This document shows positions 14,900 through 25,385 of a stretch of 64,000 nucleotides of DNA, piece by piece. The stretch comes from an uncultured Desulfarculus sp. (GTDB lineage Bacteria > Desulfobacterota > Desulfarculia > Desulfarculales > Desulfarculaceae). A program made the position numbers and the translations under genes. Numbering within the stretch: the first letter of the stretch is position 1; every line of letters begins with the position of its first letter. The stretch covers positions 3,584,001-3,648,000 of the forward strand of contig CAXXUK010000001.1 of assembly GCA_963665125.2 (NCBI GenBank), in the 5' to 3' direction. The notes under the pieces were generated by a model. It searched no databases. It was not told the DNA's origin and was given only the letters and a program-made list of their open reading frames with translations.

Positions 14900-16552
14900 A
14901 TGGAATCCGACGGTAAACGAGTCTTAATTGCCCTTGTATTGAGCGTCGGCCTGCTTTGGGGCTGGTCCACGTTCATCATGCCCGAAAAACCTAAACCGCA
15001 GCCGCAACCTACTGCCGCGGTAACACAGGTCAACCAGACCAACACTGCCGCACCGCCGCCGCCGGCCGCGGGCAATGGACAGACGCCAGCCCAGGCTGTC
15101 ACTCCGGACAACCAGCCTCCCCAGGATGTCGTCGTTGACACTCCTCTATACAAGGCCGTGTTTTCCACCCGGGGCGGCACCCTGCGCAAGGTCGTGCTAA
15201 AGAAATTCTATGAAGAGGTCAACCAACAGGGCGGCAACATGGTCCTTTTGGAACTCGAGCCCCGGGAGCCATACTCCCTTGGCCTGGCCTTTGCCCAAAT
15301 AGACCCGTACCTGGCGGTTAGGTCATTTACCACCGACGGCAAGGACATGACCGTTACTCAAAACGGTCAGACGCTTTCCTTCACCCGCAATGTATCTGGA
15401 ATCAACGTCACCAAGACCTATACGTTCGATCCCGACTCCTACGCCTTTAACCTCAAGGTCACCATCGCCAACCCAACAGGCAACAAATACGATTTGGTGC
15501 CTGAATTGACCCTGGCCGAGTATGTCAGCAAGAAGGACATCAACTTCTACGCTTTCACCGGGTCCCAGATGGTTGCCCAGGGCGGCCTGGTTGAAAAGGA
15601 TCACGGCGACCTGGAAGACAAACCCGTTGTCACCGGCAACCTCGACTTCATCAGCATGAGCATTCCCTATTTCATGGGCGCGGTGGCTCCCGGTCCCTGG
15701 CCTCAGAGCGCCGTGGGCAAGGATTCGTTTCGCGGCTCCTGCGACGAAAAAGTCATGACCGCCACCTTGGTCAGCCCTCATCTGGCCCTTGACGCCGGCC
15801 AGACCATGGACCTTAATTACCTGGTCTATTACGGACCCAAGGAACTGAGCGTCCTCGAACCGCTGGGCCACAACCTGGCCATGGCCGTGGACTTCGGCTG
15901 GTTCGACTTTTTCGCCAAGCCCATGCTGGCCGGCCTGAAGTTCTTCTACGGCTATGTCAAGAACTACGGTGTCGCCATCATCATCATCACGATCCTGATC
16001 AAGCTCATTTTCTGGCCCTTGCAGAACAAAAGCTACCAGTCCATGAAGCGGATGCAGAAACTTCAGCCCCAGATGAAGAAGATCCGCGAGAAATACAAGG
16101 ACGACAAGCAGGAACAGAATCAGCAGATCATGCAGCTATATAAGACGTACAAGGTCAACCCCTTGGGCGGCTGCCTGCCGATGGTCGTGCAGATTCCCAT
16201 CTTCATCGCCTTCTATAAAGTTCTCGGCTCGTCCATCGAATTGCGCCACGCGCCTTTCATGCTGTGGATCAACGACCTTGCCGCGCCCGACCGTCTGCCC
16301 ATTGGTTTTGACATACCTTTCGTGGGCGCCGGCATTCCCGTGCTGACCTTGCTCATGGGCGCGTCGATGTTCCTGACTCAAAAAATGACACCGTCCACCG
16401 GCGACCCGACTCAGCAAAAAATGATGATGTTGATGCCGATCATCTTCACCATCATGTTCATCAACTTCCCGTCCGGCCTGGTCTTGTACTGGTTCGTGCA
16501 GAACCTCCTCGGTATCGGACAGCAGTATCTGGTGAACCGGCGCAAGGATTGA
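14900..16552 (+). CDS. yidC: Membrane protein insertase YidC
   Basis: VDFGWF, NYGVAII, NPLGGCLP, LWINDL, FPSGLVLYW. Confidence 0.97.
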   Translation: MESDGKRVLIALVLSVGLLWGWSTFIMPEKPKPQPQPTAAVTQVNQTNTAAPPPPAAGNGQTPAQAVTPDNQPPQDVVVDTPLYKAVFSTRGGTLRKVVLKKFYEEVNQQGGNMVLLELEPREPYSLGLAFAQIDPYLAVRSFTTDGKDMTVTQNGQTLSFTRNVSGINVTKTYTFDPDSYAFNLKVTIANPTGNKYDLVPELTLAEYVSKKDINFYAFTGSQMVAQGGLVEKDHGDLEDKPVVTGNLDFISMSIPYFMGAVAPGPWPQSAVGKDSFRGSCDEKVMTATLVSPHLALDAGQTMDLNYLVYYGPKELSVLEPLGHNLAMAVDFGWFDFFAKPMLAGLKFFYGYVKNYGVAIIIITILIKLIFWPLQNKSYQSMKRMQKLQPQMKKIREKYKDDKQEQNQQIMQLYKTYKVNPLGGCLPMVVQIPIFIAFYKVLGSSIELRHAPFMLWINDLAAPDRLPIGFDIPFVGAGIPVLTLLMGASMFLTQKMTPSTGDPTQQKMMMLMPIIFTIMFINFPSGLVLYWFVQNLLGIGQQYLVNRRKD

Positions 16553-16556
16553 TATA

Positions 16557-17390
16557 ATGGAAGCAGTTGAATTTACTGGTAAAACAACAGAAGAAGCCCT
16601 ACTGAAGGCCCAACAACACTTTGGCCTTCCCTTAGACCGCCTGGATGTCGAAGTATTACAGGCCGGTGGCGGAGGCCTTTTCGGCCTGTTTAAGAAAAAG
16701 GGCGCGGTCGTCAAGGTTCGTCCTACGCAAGACAGCCAGGAAGATCACCTGGCCAGCCTGATGGCGGACTTCACCGGCGGCGAGGCTCCCAAACCCAAAA
16801 AGCCCGTTGCTCCACCTGCTCCGGCGGCTGAGCCTGTCCAACAGGCCGAGTCCGGTTATGACAACGGGCCTGACGACGAAGTAGATTACGACGACAATGA
16901 GGATGATGACGAGGGCCGCTCCGGGCCGGTAATCGAGGACCAGGAAGTCGTCAACGACGCCAGAGAAGTTTTAGTTAAGCTTGTTCTTCCCCTGGACGAC
17001 TCCGCCAGGGTCCGGGCCGAAAATTCCGACCAAGGCATTATGCTCGATATCGACGGCCAGGAAGCGGGAGTGCTCATCGGCCGCAGGGGCCAGACCCTAG
17101 ACGCCCTGCAATACCTGTGCACCCGCATCGTCAGTCACAAGCACGGCAGGCCTGTTCGCATTCACGTCGACGCAGGCGGCTACCGCAAGCGCCGCATGCA
17201 GTCCTTGGAAGACCTGGCCCTTCGACTGGCCGACAAGGCCCGCGACACGGGACGCCCGGTCTCCCTGGGTCCCATCTGCAGCCAAGAGCGTCGGGTGGTT
17301 CACATGACACTACGCCGGGAGCATGGCATCAGCACCGTCAGCCGGGGCAGGGGCGAACTCAAGAAGGTCGTCATCAGCCCAAGGCGGTAG
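16557..17390 (+). CDS. jag: RNA-binding protein Jag/KhpB (Jag_N, KH, R3H)
   Basis: FTGKTTEEAL, LIGRRGQTLDALQYL, ERRVVH. Confidence 0.93.
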   Translation: MEAVEFTGKTTEEALLKAQQHFGLPLDRLDVEVLQAGGGGLFGLFKKKGAVVKVRPTQDSQEDHLASLMADFTGGEAPKPKKPVAPPAPAAEPVQQAESGYDNGPDDEVDYDDNEDDDEGRSGPVIEDQEVVNDAREVLVKLVLPLDDSARVRAENSDQGIMLDIDGQEAGVLIGRRGQTLDALQYLCTRIVSHKHGRPVRIHVDAGGYRKRRMQSLEDLALRLADKARDTGRPVSLGPICSQERRVVHMTLRREHGISTVSRGRGELKKVVISPRR

Positions 17391-17535
17391 ACTGCTTTCA
17401 AGCAAAACAACAAAGGCTCTCCAATACCGGAGGGCCTTTTCCCGTTTACGGCGCTGAACCTTTTTAAGCTTTGGCTTATAATTGGCTCAACGAAAGGCAA
17501 CACCATTGCACAGTGGCGACTTCACATCGCGGCTC

Positions 17536-18912
17536 ATGGCCGCCCAGGACACCATCGTGGCCCAGGCAACCCCGCCCGGTCCGGGCGGTATCGCGGTGGT
17601 GCGCATTTCCGGCCCGGACGCATGGCATGTAGGCCGCACCATTTTCAGGCCCAAGGGCGGCGCTGCTCCTTGGAAACAGATAAGGCGCCTGATTTATGGT
17701 CATGCCATCAATCCCGGCAGCGGCGAAATCGTCGATGAAGTATTATGCGCCTTTTTCAAAGGTCCCAATTCGTACAGCGCCGAAGACGCGGTTGAGTTGC
17801 AATGCCACGGCGGCCCGGCCGTTGTTTCCAGAATTATTCAACTGGCTCTGGCCCAGGGATGCCGGACCGCCGGTCCCGGTGAGTTTACCCTGCGGGGCAT
17901 GATCGGCGGGCGCATCGACCTTAGCCGGGCCGAAGCAGTGGCCTCGTTGGTAGCGGCCCGCTCCGATTCCGAGGCCCGCACGGCCCTGGCTATTCTTGAA
18001 GGCGGCCTGGCCGGTCCGCTCCACGGCATCCGTCAGACCCTTGTTGATGTTGCCGCTTCCATTGAGGCGGCCATTGATTTTCCTGAGGACGTCTCCGAGC
18101 TGGCCGGCGCCGAACAGGCCCATATCCTGTGCGACAATACCATTAATCCCCTTGACGAGTTGATCACCAATAGCCTGGCCCGTTCGGCTTATCGTGAGGG
18201 GGCCAGCGTTGTCATCTGTGGGCGTCCCAATGTGGGCAAATCCAGCCTATTCAACGCCCTATTGGGCCGCAAGCGCACCATTGTCAGCGACACCCCCGGC
18301 ACCACCCGGGACAGGGTCGACGAAGTTGTCATCCTTGGCGGAATTGCCTGCCGACTGAGCGACACCGCGGGCCTGGGAAACATTCGAGACGATCTTGACG
18401 GCATGGGCCAGGACGCCGCCAGGGATGTCCTGCAACAGGCAGATCTTGCCCTGGTTATCCTGGATGGTTCCACCGATCTTCTGGAAGAAGACCTACAGAT
18501 TTTGGCCGAGACCCAAGGCATGAACCGGATCGTCGTCATCAATAAAAACGATCTTGCCCGCGCTTGGCCCGCCCAAGACCTTGGCCAAGATTTGGCTTTC
18601 CTGGAAATAAGCGCCAAATTCAGCCAAGGAATGGACCAGCTTTCCGCATCGGCAGGCCGAGCCATCACTCACGGCGCATCCGAACCCGGCCCCAACGATA
18701 TTGTTGTCAACGCCCGGCAACGTGAGGCCTTATCCCGCTGCCTGGAATTTTGCCGCATCGCCGCCGACGCCCTCCACACCCCGGAACCTCAGGTCGAACT
18801 GATCAGCCTGGACCTGCATTCCGCCCTCGCCGCCCTGGGCGAAGTGGACGGCCAGGGCGCGCCGGACGAGATTATAGACGCCGTTTTCAATAAATTCTGC
18901 GTTGGCAAATAA
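17536..18912 (+). CDS. mnmE: tRNA modification GTPase MnmE/TrmE
   Basis: DTIVAQATP, GRPNVGKSS, PGTTRD, DTAG, NKND, C-terminal FCVGK. Confidence 0.97.
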   Translation: MAAQDTIVAQATPPGPGGIAVVRISGPDAWHVGRTIFRPKGGAAPWKQIRRLIYGHAINPGSGEIVDEVLCAFFKGPNSYSAEDAVELQCHGGPAVVSRIIQLALAQGCRTAGPGEFTLRGMIGGRIDLSRAEAVASLVAARSDSEARTALAILEGGLAGPLHGIRQTLVDVAASIEAAIDFPEDVSELAGAEQAHILCDNTINPLDELITNSLARSAYREGASVVICGRPNVGKSSLFNALLGRKRTIVSDTPGTTRDRVDEVVILGGIACRLSDTAGLGNIRDDLDGMGQDAARDVLQQADLALVILDGSTDLLEEDLQILAETQGMNRIVVINKNDLARAWPAQDLGQDLAFLEISAKFSQGMDQLSASAGRAITHGASEPGPNDIVVNARQREALSRCLEFCRIAADALHTPEPQVELISLDLHSALAALGEVDGQGAPDEIIDAVFNKFCVGK

Positions 18913-18942
18913 TGGCTTCTTCCATGCACTTTTTTAACAAAA

Positions 18943-18958
18943 GGTTTCACGTGAAACA
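18943..18958. promoter_or_regulatory. parS: parS centromere-like site
   Basis: gGTTTCACGTGAAACa palindrome, 15/16 match to TGTTTCACGTGAAACA. Confidence 0.9.
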
Positions 18959-19013
18959 TTTGGTGCCCTCGCATGGACCCACAATTTCGCATTAATTATC
19001 CCAGGAGTGCCAT

Positions 19014-19637
19014 TTGAATATGCCTTTTCCTCAAGATCTTATGAAACCGGCACGTGCACTTTCAGGATTGGACCTTGATGATGAATTTTTTTTAAGGGCT
19101 GATTTTCTGGTTCAGGAGGTCATGCGCTGGAACAAACGCATACGCCTTGTCGGCCACCGGGATCTGCGGACGGCTTATATCGACCTTGTACTGGACGGGC
19201 TTGCCCTTGTTCCCCATCTATGCGGGCACACTATAGTTGACATTGGCAGCGGCGCCGGTTTTCCAGGGTTGGTCCTTGCCCTTGCCCTTCCCGGTTACCG
19301 TATTACCATGATTGAGGGCCGCGCCAAAAAAGTCAGCTTCCAAAAGCATGCGGTACGCGAACTTTCTATGGATGGAAACACCGAGCCTGTCCTGGGCCGC
19401 GCCGGAGAAGGCTGCCTGGAAGGAGTTTTCTTCGACAATGTCACCCTCAGGGCAGTCAGCGACCTCTCTTCCTGTGTTGAATTGGCTACGCCCTACTTGG
19501 CCGGTGTTGGCCGGATTATTCTTCCCCGTTCCATCGAAGACCGAAACACTTGCCTCGATGCCGGATTCGAGGTCCATGAATATAAACTTCCGGAGACCAA
19601 AAAGACCCGCATCATCGCCGTCCGTTGTTGCCAATAA
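19014..19637 (+). CDS. rsmG: 16S rRNA m7G527 methyltransferase RsmG (GidB)
   Basis: WNKRIRL, VDIGSGAGFPG, KKVSF, VTLRAV. Confidence 0.9.
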   Translation: MNMPFPQDLMKPARALSGLDLDDEFFLRADFLVQEVMRWNKRIRLVGHRDLRTAYIDLVLDGLALVPHLCGHTIVDIGSGAGFPGLVLALALPGYRITMIEGRAKKVSFQKHAVRELSMDGNTEPVLGRAGEGCLEGVFFDNVTLRAVSDLSSCVELATPYLAGVGRIILPRSIEDRNTCLDAGFEVHEYKLPETKKTRIIAVRCCQ

Positions 19638-19659
19638 AAAATGCAGCCTTCGCAGGCTA

Positions 19660-19675
19660 CGTTTCACGTGAAACA
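19660..19675. promoter_or_regulatory. parS: parS centromere-like site
   Basis: cGTTTCACGTGAAACa palindrome, 15/16 match to consensus. Confidence 0.9.
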
Positions 19676-19682
19676 GTGATAT

Positions 19683-22064
19683 CTAGAATACGACTTTGTC
19701 TTTTTGCTTTGGCAGGGTGATGGTGAATTTCGTGCCCACGCCCTTTGCCGATTTTACAGTAATATTTCCGCCGTGCTGCTTGATGATGCCGTGGCTGATC
19801 GATAAGCCAAGTCCTGTTCCCCTTCCCCTATCCTTTGTGGTAAAGAACGGCTCGAATACCCTTCGTGAAATATGCTCGTCCATTCCAGGGCCGGTGTCTT
19901 CGAAGCATACGGAAATGGTGCCGTCAGCATTGGCTTTTGTCTGAATGAAAATCCGCCCTTTTCCTTCCATGGCTTCCGCGGCGTTAACCAGCATGTTCAA
20001 AAAAACCTGCTCCAGCTTAGAGCGGTGTCCGTAGAAGTAGGGCAACCCCTGGTCAAACTCCAGGGTGATTTCCACATTGCGCAGGATCATGTGACCGGCC
20101 ATTAGGTTTAGCATCTCCCGCAGAACGCGGTTAATATCCATTGCTTCCGAGGCGGGATCATCCCTCCTGGCGAAATCCAACAAACCCCGGACTATGATCT
20201 TGCAGCGGTTGGTCAGCTTGATTATCTTGTCTACCGTTGGATACAGCTCATTGCTTTCGCCGACATCCTCTGCCAACAAATGGGCATAGGTGAGGATGCC
20301 GCCCAAGGGGTTGTTGACCTCATGGGCCACGTCGAAGGCAAGCTTACCGGTGGCCGCCAATCGTTCTGAGCGGATAAGCTGCTCTTCAATTGTCTTCCTG
20401 AATGTGACGTCCCTTACATTGAATAGTATCGCCGGCTTTGAATCATAGCTGGTAAGTCCGGCGGTCACCTCCAAATCAAAAGGCCTGCCATCGCGAAGTC
20501 CTTGTCCCTCAAATACTTTTTGTTCATCAACTTCGTCGAATACGTCGTTTAGCCAATCGAGGTAGTCCTTGTGGCATTCCGAATCCAGCATCTCCAGGAA
20601 GTCTATTTTTTTATCCGTAACCGTAACCAGGCCGAACATGTCCATGAAGGCCGTATTGGCGAAGATAAATGTATTTTGATCGTGAAGGGCTATCCCCTCC
20701 CTGTTGCTTTCCACCAATGTGCGGTACAAGGCTTCACTTTGAGCAAGCTTTCTTTCGAGGTTCTTTGTCCTGCTGGCATCAACAATTGCCTCTACCGCTC
20801 CGATGATGTTGCCATATCTGTCTTTTAACGCGGCAGCCGTGAAGAAAAGATCCCTCTCGCGGCCACCCAAATTGCCGAAGTGGGCTTCAGCCTCCCAGGC
20901 GTCTTCGGCAACTTCCGAAGGCCGCAGTTTTTCCTTGCCGTAGACCCTGTTCATCTTGTCGTGGTCTTGATCAAGAATCGTATCTGCAAGTGATACGCCC
21001 TGTGGACGATGGAATACCTTCCAAACCTGGTTTGTCTCGATAATGTCCGCTTTTGTCCAGCCGGTTAGTTCTTCGCAAGCGTTGTTCCAGTATTTGACAG
21101 TATGATCTTTATCCAACACAAAGACCGCAACCGGCATCACCTCCAATATTGTCTCAAGCATTTGTTGCTGCTGGGCGGCCGATGCTTCCGCCCTTTTTCG
21201 CCTGGTGATATCCTTGATAATTCCTTCGTAGCCTACAATTTTTCCATTGGAATACCGTACCTGGCTCGTAATGGATACATCTATGGGTGTGCCGTCTTTT
21301 TTCTTGAAGGTGACGTAATAGTCTTGGACAAAGCCCTTGCTTTCAATTTCCTCCATGAAAATAAGGCGGTCTTCTGGTCGCATGTAGGCGTCCTTGCCGA
21401 TATCCGGTACTGCAAGGAGTTCGTCTTCACTGTCGTATCCCAGCATTTCCACACCGGCCGGATTGACCTCAAGCCATTTTCCATCCCGGCTGGAAAGATA
21501 AATCATGTCCTTTGAATTTCGGAAAATGCGCCTGTAGTCGTCGCTGTGTTGTATGGCTAGGTTTTTATGGACCGCGCATGATAGGGCCAAGGTCATCATG
21601 TTGGATAAGGCCTGAATTTCTGATTGATTCCATTCAATTTTCTCATCGAACATCAGCAGGCACAAACCGCTGCCTTGGGCCCAGGGCAGATGTATTGCAG
21701 CAAGATTACATTCTTTGGCGGTCTCTTCCAGAAAGTTGTCCAGGGCGAGCCATCCCGACTTGGCAGTGTCTCCGGCTTTGAGATAGTTTGTCCCCATTCT
21801 GACCAATGGTTCGCCCGGGCAGGTTGGTGGAGAGGCCACAACCCTTCGTATTTTCCTGGCAAGAGTTTTATCCATGCCCCATGTTGTGTTAAGGGCCAAA
21901 ACGCCACCCACTTGCCACATGGTGACGGACCCACCGAATGCTCCCATATACGAGCCGACTATATGAAGAAGGCCCCTTGCCTGGTGTGCTGTACCGCCGT
22001 TACCCGATAATACCTGTCGAAATTCCACGGCAAGCTTGTTGATTTTATCCAAAGATGAAACCAA
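19683..22064 (-). CDS. Multi-PAS sensor histidine kinase
   Basis: Three PAS/PAC repeats, VAHEVNNPL H-box, NMLVNA, DTGPG, FEPFFTTK, GTGLGL. Confidence 0.93.
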   Translation of the reverse strand: MVSSLDKINKLAVEFRQVLSGNGGTAHQARGLLHIVGSYMGAFGGSVTMWQVGGVLALNTTWGMDKTLARKIRRVVASPPTCPGEPLVRMGTNYLKAGDTAKSGWLALDNFLEETAKECNLAAIHLPWAQGSGLCLLMFDEKIEWNQSEIQALSNMMTLALSCAVHKNLAIQHSDDYRRIFRNSKDMIYLSSRDGKWLEVNPAGVEMLGYDSEDELLAVPDIGKDAYMRPEDRLIFMEEIESKGFVQDYYVTFKKKDGTPIDVSITSQVRYSNGKIVGYEGIIKDITRRKRAEASAAQQQQMLETILEVMPVAVFVLDKDHTVKYWNNACEELTGWTKADIIETNQVWKVFHRPQGVSLADTILDQDHDKMNRVYGKEKLRPSEVAEDAWEAEAHFGNLGGRERDLFFTAAALKDRYGNIIGAVEAIVDASRTKNLERKLAQSEALYRTLVESNREGIALHDQNTFIFANTAFMDMFGLVTVTDKKIDFLEMLDSECHKDYLDWLNDVFDEVDEQKVFEGQGLRDGRPFDLEVTAGLTSYDSKPAILFNVRDVTFRKTIEEQLIRSERLAATGKLAFDVAHEVNNPLGGILTYAHLLAEDVGESNELYPTVDKIIKLTNRCKIIVRGLLDFARRDDPASEAMDINRVLREMLNLMAGHMILRNVEITLEFDQGLPYFYGHRSKLEQVFLNMLVNAAEAMEGKGRIFIQTKANADGTISVCFEDTGPGMDEHISRRVFEPFFTTKDRGRGTGLGLSISHGIIKQHGGNITVKSAKGVGTKFTITLPKQKDKVVF

Positions 22065-22318
22065 AATTGATTAGTTCTCCTTTTAGGTTGCATCTCATCA
22101 TTTATCACAATTTTTAATTAAATTGACCGAAGATATACATAAAAACCAATTTTTTTTAATCATCCGAAGCGACAATGTTGAATGTGGCATATTTGGGGTA
22201 TTGTGGGTCTTTTTTTTATTTAACCGTGATAATTAATTCCAACGTTATCGTTCATTTTCCCGTTTTGTATATTTTCGGTTCAGTGGTTTGAAATCTGCAG
22301 TTGTGGTACTATCGGCCC

Positions 22319-23659
22319 ATGAAAAATATTATGATCATAGGCGGCGGTCTTGCCGGTTGCGAGGCCGCTCTTTATCTTGCCGACGCGGGTGTATCCGTTC
22401 ATTTGTTGGACATGAAACCTTCCCGAATGAGTCCTGCCCACGAAGATGAGCATTTGGGAGAGCTTGTCTGCTCCAACTCCCTACGCTCTGATGACCCTGC
22501 CAGCGCTGTCGGTCTATTGAAGGCGGAAATGTCCCTCTTGGGTTCATCCATAATGCGTGCCGCTCGCCAGACAGCAGTTGACGCCGGCAAGGCCCTTGCC
22601 GTTGACAGACGCCAATTCGCCGCCACACTTGATTCCTGGGTGTCCGCTCATCCCTTTATAGAACGTTCGTGCCAGGAAATTACCTCCGTGCCCGAGGACG
22701 AACTCGTTATTTTGGCCAGCGGTCCTTTGACCACCGATGAACTTGCAGCAGATCTAATGCGTATCGCAGGACAGAATCATCTGCACTTTTATGATGCCAT
22801 AGCTCCCATTGTCACCCTTGACAGCGTTGATATGAACAACGCCTTTTGGGGTGACCGTTATGGCGAGCCAGGCGTCGGCGACTACCTCAACTGTCCCATG
22901 ACCCAAGAGGAGTGGGAATCCTTTTACGCCGCTCTCACTTCTTCGGAAAACGTGCCTTTGCGTGATTTTGAAAAGCCGCAGTTTTTTGAGGGGTGCCTGC
23001 CAATAGAAGTCATGGCCTCCCGTGGTGAAAAGACCTTGCTCTTCGGTCCCCTAAAGCCCGTTGGCCTTGAAGACCCCATAACCGGCAAACGCGCCCATGC
23101 CGTTGTCCAACTGCGAAAGGAAAACAGCGACGGCTCAATATTGAATATGGTAGGTTTCCAGACCAAATTGACCTATAAGGCCCAACAGCATGTTTTTCGA
23201 TTGATTCCGGCCCTTCGCAATGCTGAGTTTGCCCGTCTTGGCTCCATTCACCGCAATACATTTGTTGATGCTCCACGGGTCCTTGATCCTTTCAGCAGGC
23301 TTAATAATCTTCCCGGCGTATTTATCGCTGGTCAGCTTTCCGGCGTTGAGGGCTATGTCGAGTCTTCCGCTTCTGGCCTACTCTGCGCCGTTAACGCTCT
23401 GCGTATAATCAGGGGACAAGACCCCTCCGCTCCACCGGCCGATACGGCCCATGGCGGCTTGATGACCCATCTTTCCAATACGGAGACCAAGCATTTTCAG
23501 CCAAGCAACATCAATTTCGGATTGTTGCCGCCGCTTGGCGGAAAGAAGCTTCCCAAAAAAGAACGCGGCAAGGCCATTGCCCGCCGCGCGCTTGTATCTT
23601 TTTCAGCATGGTTGACTAGCCTTGGCATTGCCCCGGCCTGCGAACCGCCTGCTATTTAG
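22319..23659 (+). CDS. trmFO: tRNA m5U54 methyltransferase TrmFO
   Basis: GGGLAGCEAA, ELVCSNSL, FYDAIAP, FEGCLPIE, VGFQT, GVEGYVES. Confidence 0.96.
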   Translation: MKNIMIIGGGLAGCEAALYLADAGVSVHLLDMKPSRMSPAHEDEHLGELVCSNSLRSDDPASAVGLLKAEMSLLGSSIMRAARQTAVDAGKALAVDRRQFAATLDSWVSAHPFIERSCQEITSVPEDELVILASGPLTTDELAADLMRIAGQNHLHFYDAIAPIVTLDSVDMNNAFWGDRYGEPGVGDYLNCPMTQEEWESFYAALTSSENVPLRDFEKPQFFEGCLPIEVMASRGEKTLLFGPLKPVGLEDPITGKRAHAVVQLRKENSDGSILNMVGFQTKLTYKAQQHVFRLIPALRNAEFARLGSIHRNTFVDAPRVLDPFSRLNNLPGVFIAGQLSGVEGYVESSASGLLCAVNALRIIRGQDPSAPPADTAHGGLMTHLSNTETKHFQPSNINFGLLPPLGGKKLPKKERGKAIARRALVSFSAWLTSLGIAPACEPPAI

Positions 23660-23814
23660 TTTTTACCTTTTTCATAGCCCTTCTGGAAATCATCCGGCGC
23701 CTGCTCAACGGACTTCACGGCCTTACCCGTTGTTTCGCCCATTTGAAAGCAACCAGCTAATGGGAGTGTAATCAAACATATGCATATAATTGCAGCCGCT
23801 ATTCTCTCGGTCAT
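23656..23814 (-). CDS. Small lipoprotein
   Basis: GGAGG RBS; signal peptide with LAGC lipobox. Confidence 0.6.
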   Translation of the reverse strand: MTERIAAAIICICLITLPLAGCFQMGETTGKAVKSVEQAPDDFQKGYEKGKN

Positions 23815-23865
23815 TTCAACCCTCCAAATTTTATACATTTTTAAATGTTAAACGCTTAATAAGGG

Positions 23866-24816
23866 TTATTTCAACGCCAACTCTATCAGCCTGTCCAACA
23901 GCGCGGGGAAATCCATACCCGCGTGCTTTGCCGCCAAGGGTAAAAGGCTGGTTTCGGTCATTCCTGGAATTGTATTTGCCTCCAGGATTACCGGACCGTC
24001 TTCGCCCAGCATGAAGTCTATCCTTGAGTACCTTCTCAGTCCCAAGGCCATGTGAGCCTTTACCGCCAGCTCTTGAATCAGAGCCGTGGTTCCTTGGTCC
24101 AGACCGGCTGGGCAAACCTCATTGGTCGCGCCCGGTGTGTATTTGGCAATATAATCAAAAAAAACGTGCCCCTCACCGGGTAGTATTTCAATCAGGGGCA
24201 ATGGCTCCGGTATTGGGTCACCTATAACGCTGCATGTTATTTCGCGGCCTTTAATGAACTTTTCGACAATTATTTCGTTATCCATGGACAAAGCAACGTC
24301 AATTGCTGCTTGAACGTCTTCATCCTTAAGACATATGCTTACGCCAAAGCTGGATCCCTCCAGGCTTGGCTTGACCACCAGAGGCAGGCCGATTTTTTCG
24401 ATTGCCTTTTCCGCCGCGTTTTCAGTTTGTTTGTTGATATAAAAATCCGGAGCCACCGGCAGTCCGGCCTGACGAAACCTGTCCTTGGACATGATCTTGT
24501 TCATGGCCAGAGCGCATCCCAGTATACCGGAGCACTGATACGGAACCTTTACTATATCCAGCAGACCCTGCATTGATCCGTCTTCACCGCCCCTGCCGTG
24601 CAGCATTATCAAAGCCACATCAATGCTGTCCGCGTCGTCGACCAGCCGCACGATGTCCGCGGGAGGCTCATAATCAACAGCATGATATTTCTTGGGGTCC
24701 AATGCGTTAATGACGGCCGAGCCGCTTTTCAGCGAAACGTCCCTTTCCGCGGAATCTCCACCCATGATAACCGCGACCCTAAGTCTCCCTCCTGTCACAG
24801 CAGCCCTTCCTTCCAA
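23866..24816 (-). CDS. ddl: D-alanine--D-alanine ligase
   Basis: GGDSAERDVSLKSG, LHGRGGEDG, EGSSFG, FDYIAKY, EANTIPGMT. Confidence 0.96.
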   Translation of the reverse strand: MEGRAAVTGGRLRVAVIMGGDSAERDVSLKSGSAVINALDPKKYHAVDYEPPADIVRLVDDADSIDVALIMLHGRGGEDGSMQGLLDIVKVPYQCSGILGCALAMNKIMSKDRFRQAGLPVAPDFYINKQTENAAEKAIEKIGLPLVVKPSLEGSSFGVSICLKDEDVQAAIDVALSMDNEIIVEKFIKGREITCSVIGDPIPEPLPLIEILPGEGHVFFDYIAKYTPGATNEVCPAGLDQGTTALIQELAVKAHMALGLRRYSRIDFMLGEDGPVILEANTIPGMTETSLLPLAAKHAGMDFPALLDRLIELALK

Positions 24817-25385
24817 AGTTTGGTAATCTCATTAGGTGTGTGCCGGGGCTTTAACGATTCAAATATTTTATCTTCGGTCCTGTAGGCAATTTGTCGTCCT
24901 ATTTCTATGCGCTCAAGGTATTCGGGTATTCCTTTTCCGTAACGTTCCGCAATGTATTCGAACCTTTGTTCGATGTTTACCACTTCATCGTGCCTAACCC
25001 GCTTGTCCGCATAGTTGACGACCATTATTTCGTCAAGCTTGTGATCTTTTGGCAAACGCACATGCATCCGAACTATTTCCGCCAGGTCCATGAAACCTTC
25101 TTCTTCAATTATTTTAGCACCTTCTATGTCGTGTCGCATATCAGTGCCTAGACATATTGTCTTTGCTATGTCGTGCAGGATGGCACCGGTTTCAATTGCC
25201 TGCCTGTTCAGAAAGGTTCCTTTTTCATCGAGCCATGAATATATCTTTACTGCCACCTCCCTTACTACTTGGGAATGTTGGCGTATGTTATCGAGCATGC
25301 CGTATTTGTCCCATAGGGCAATGGCTTGATCCACTGTAGGTAATGACGCGAATCGCCCGTTATTTTTCAGTGTTTTTTGGCTCAA
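24795..25385 (-). CDS. HD-domain phosphohydrolase
   Basis: IRQHS, LHDIAK, VNYADK. Confidence 0.85.
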   Translation of the reverse strand: MSQKTLKNNGRFASLPTVDQAIALWDKYGMLDNIRQHSQVVREVAVKIYSWLDEKGTFLNRQAIETGAILHDIAKTICLGTDMRHDIEGAKIIEEEGFMDLAEIVRMHVRLPKDHKLDEIMVVNYADKRVRHDEVVNIEQRFEYIAERYGKGIPEYLERIEIGRQIAYRTEDKIFESLKPRHTPNEITKLWKEGLL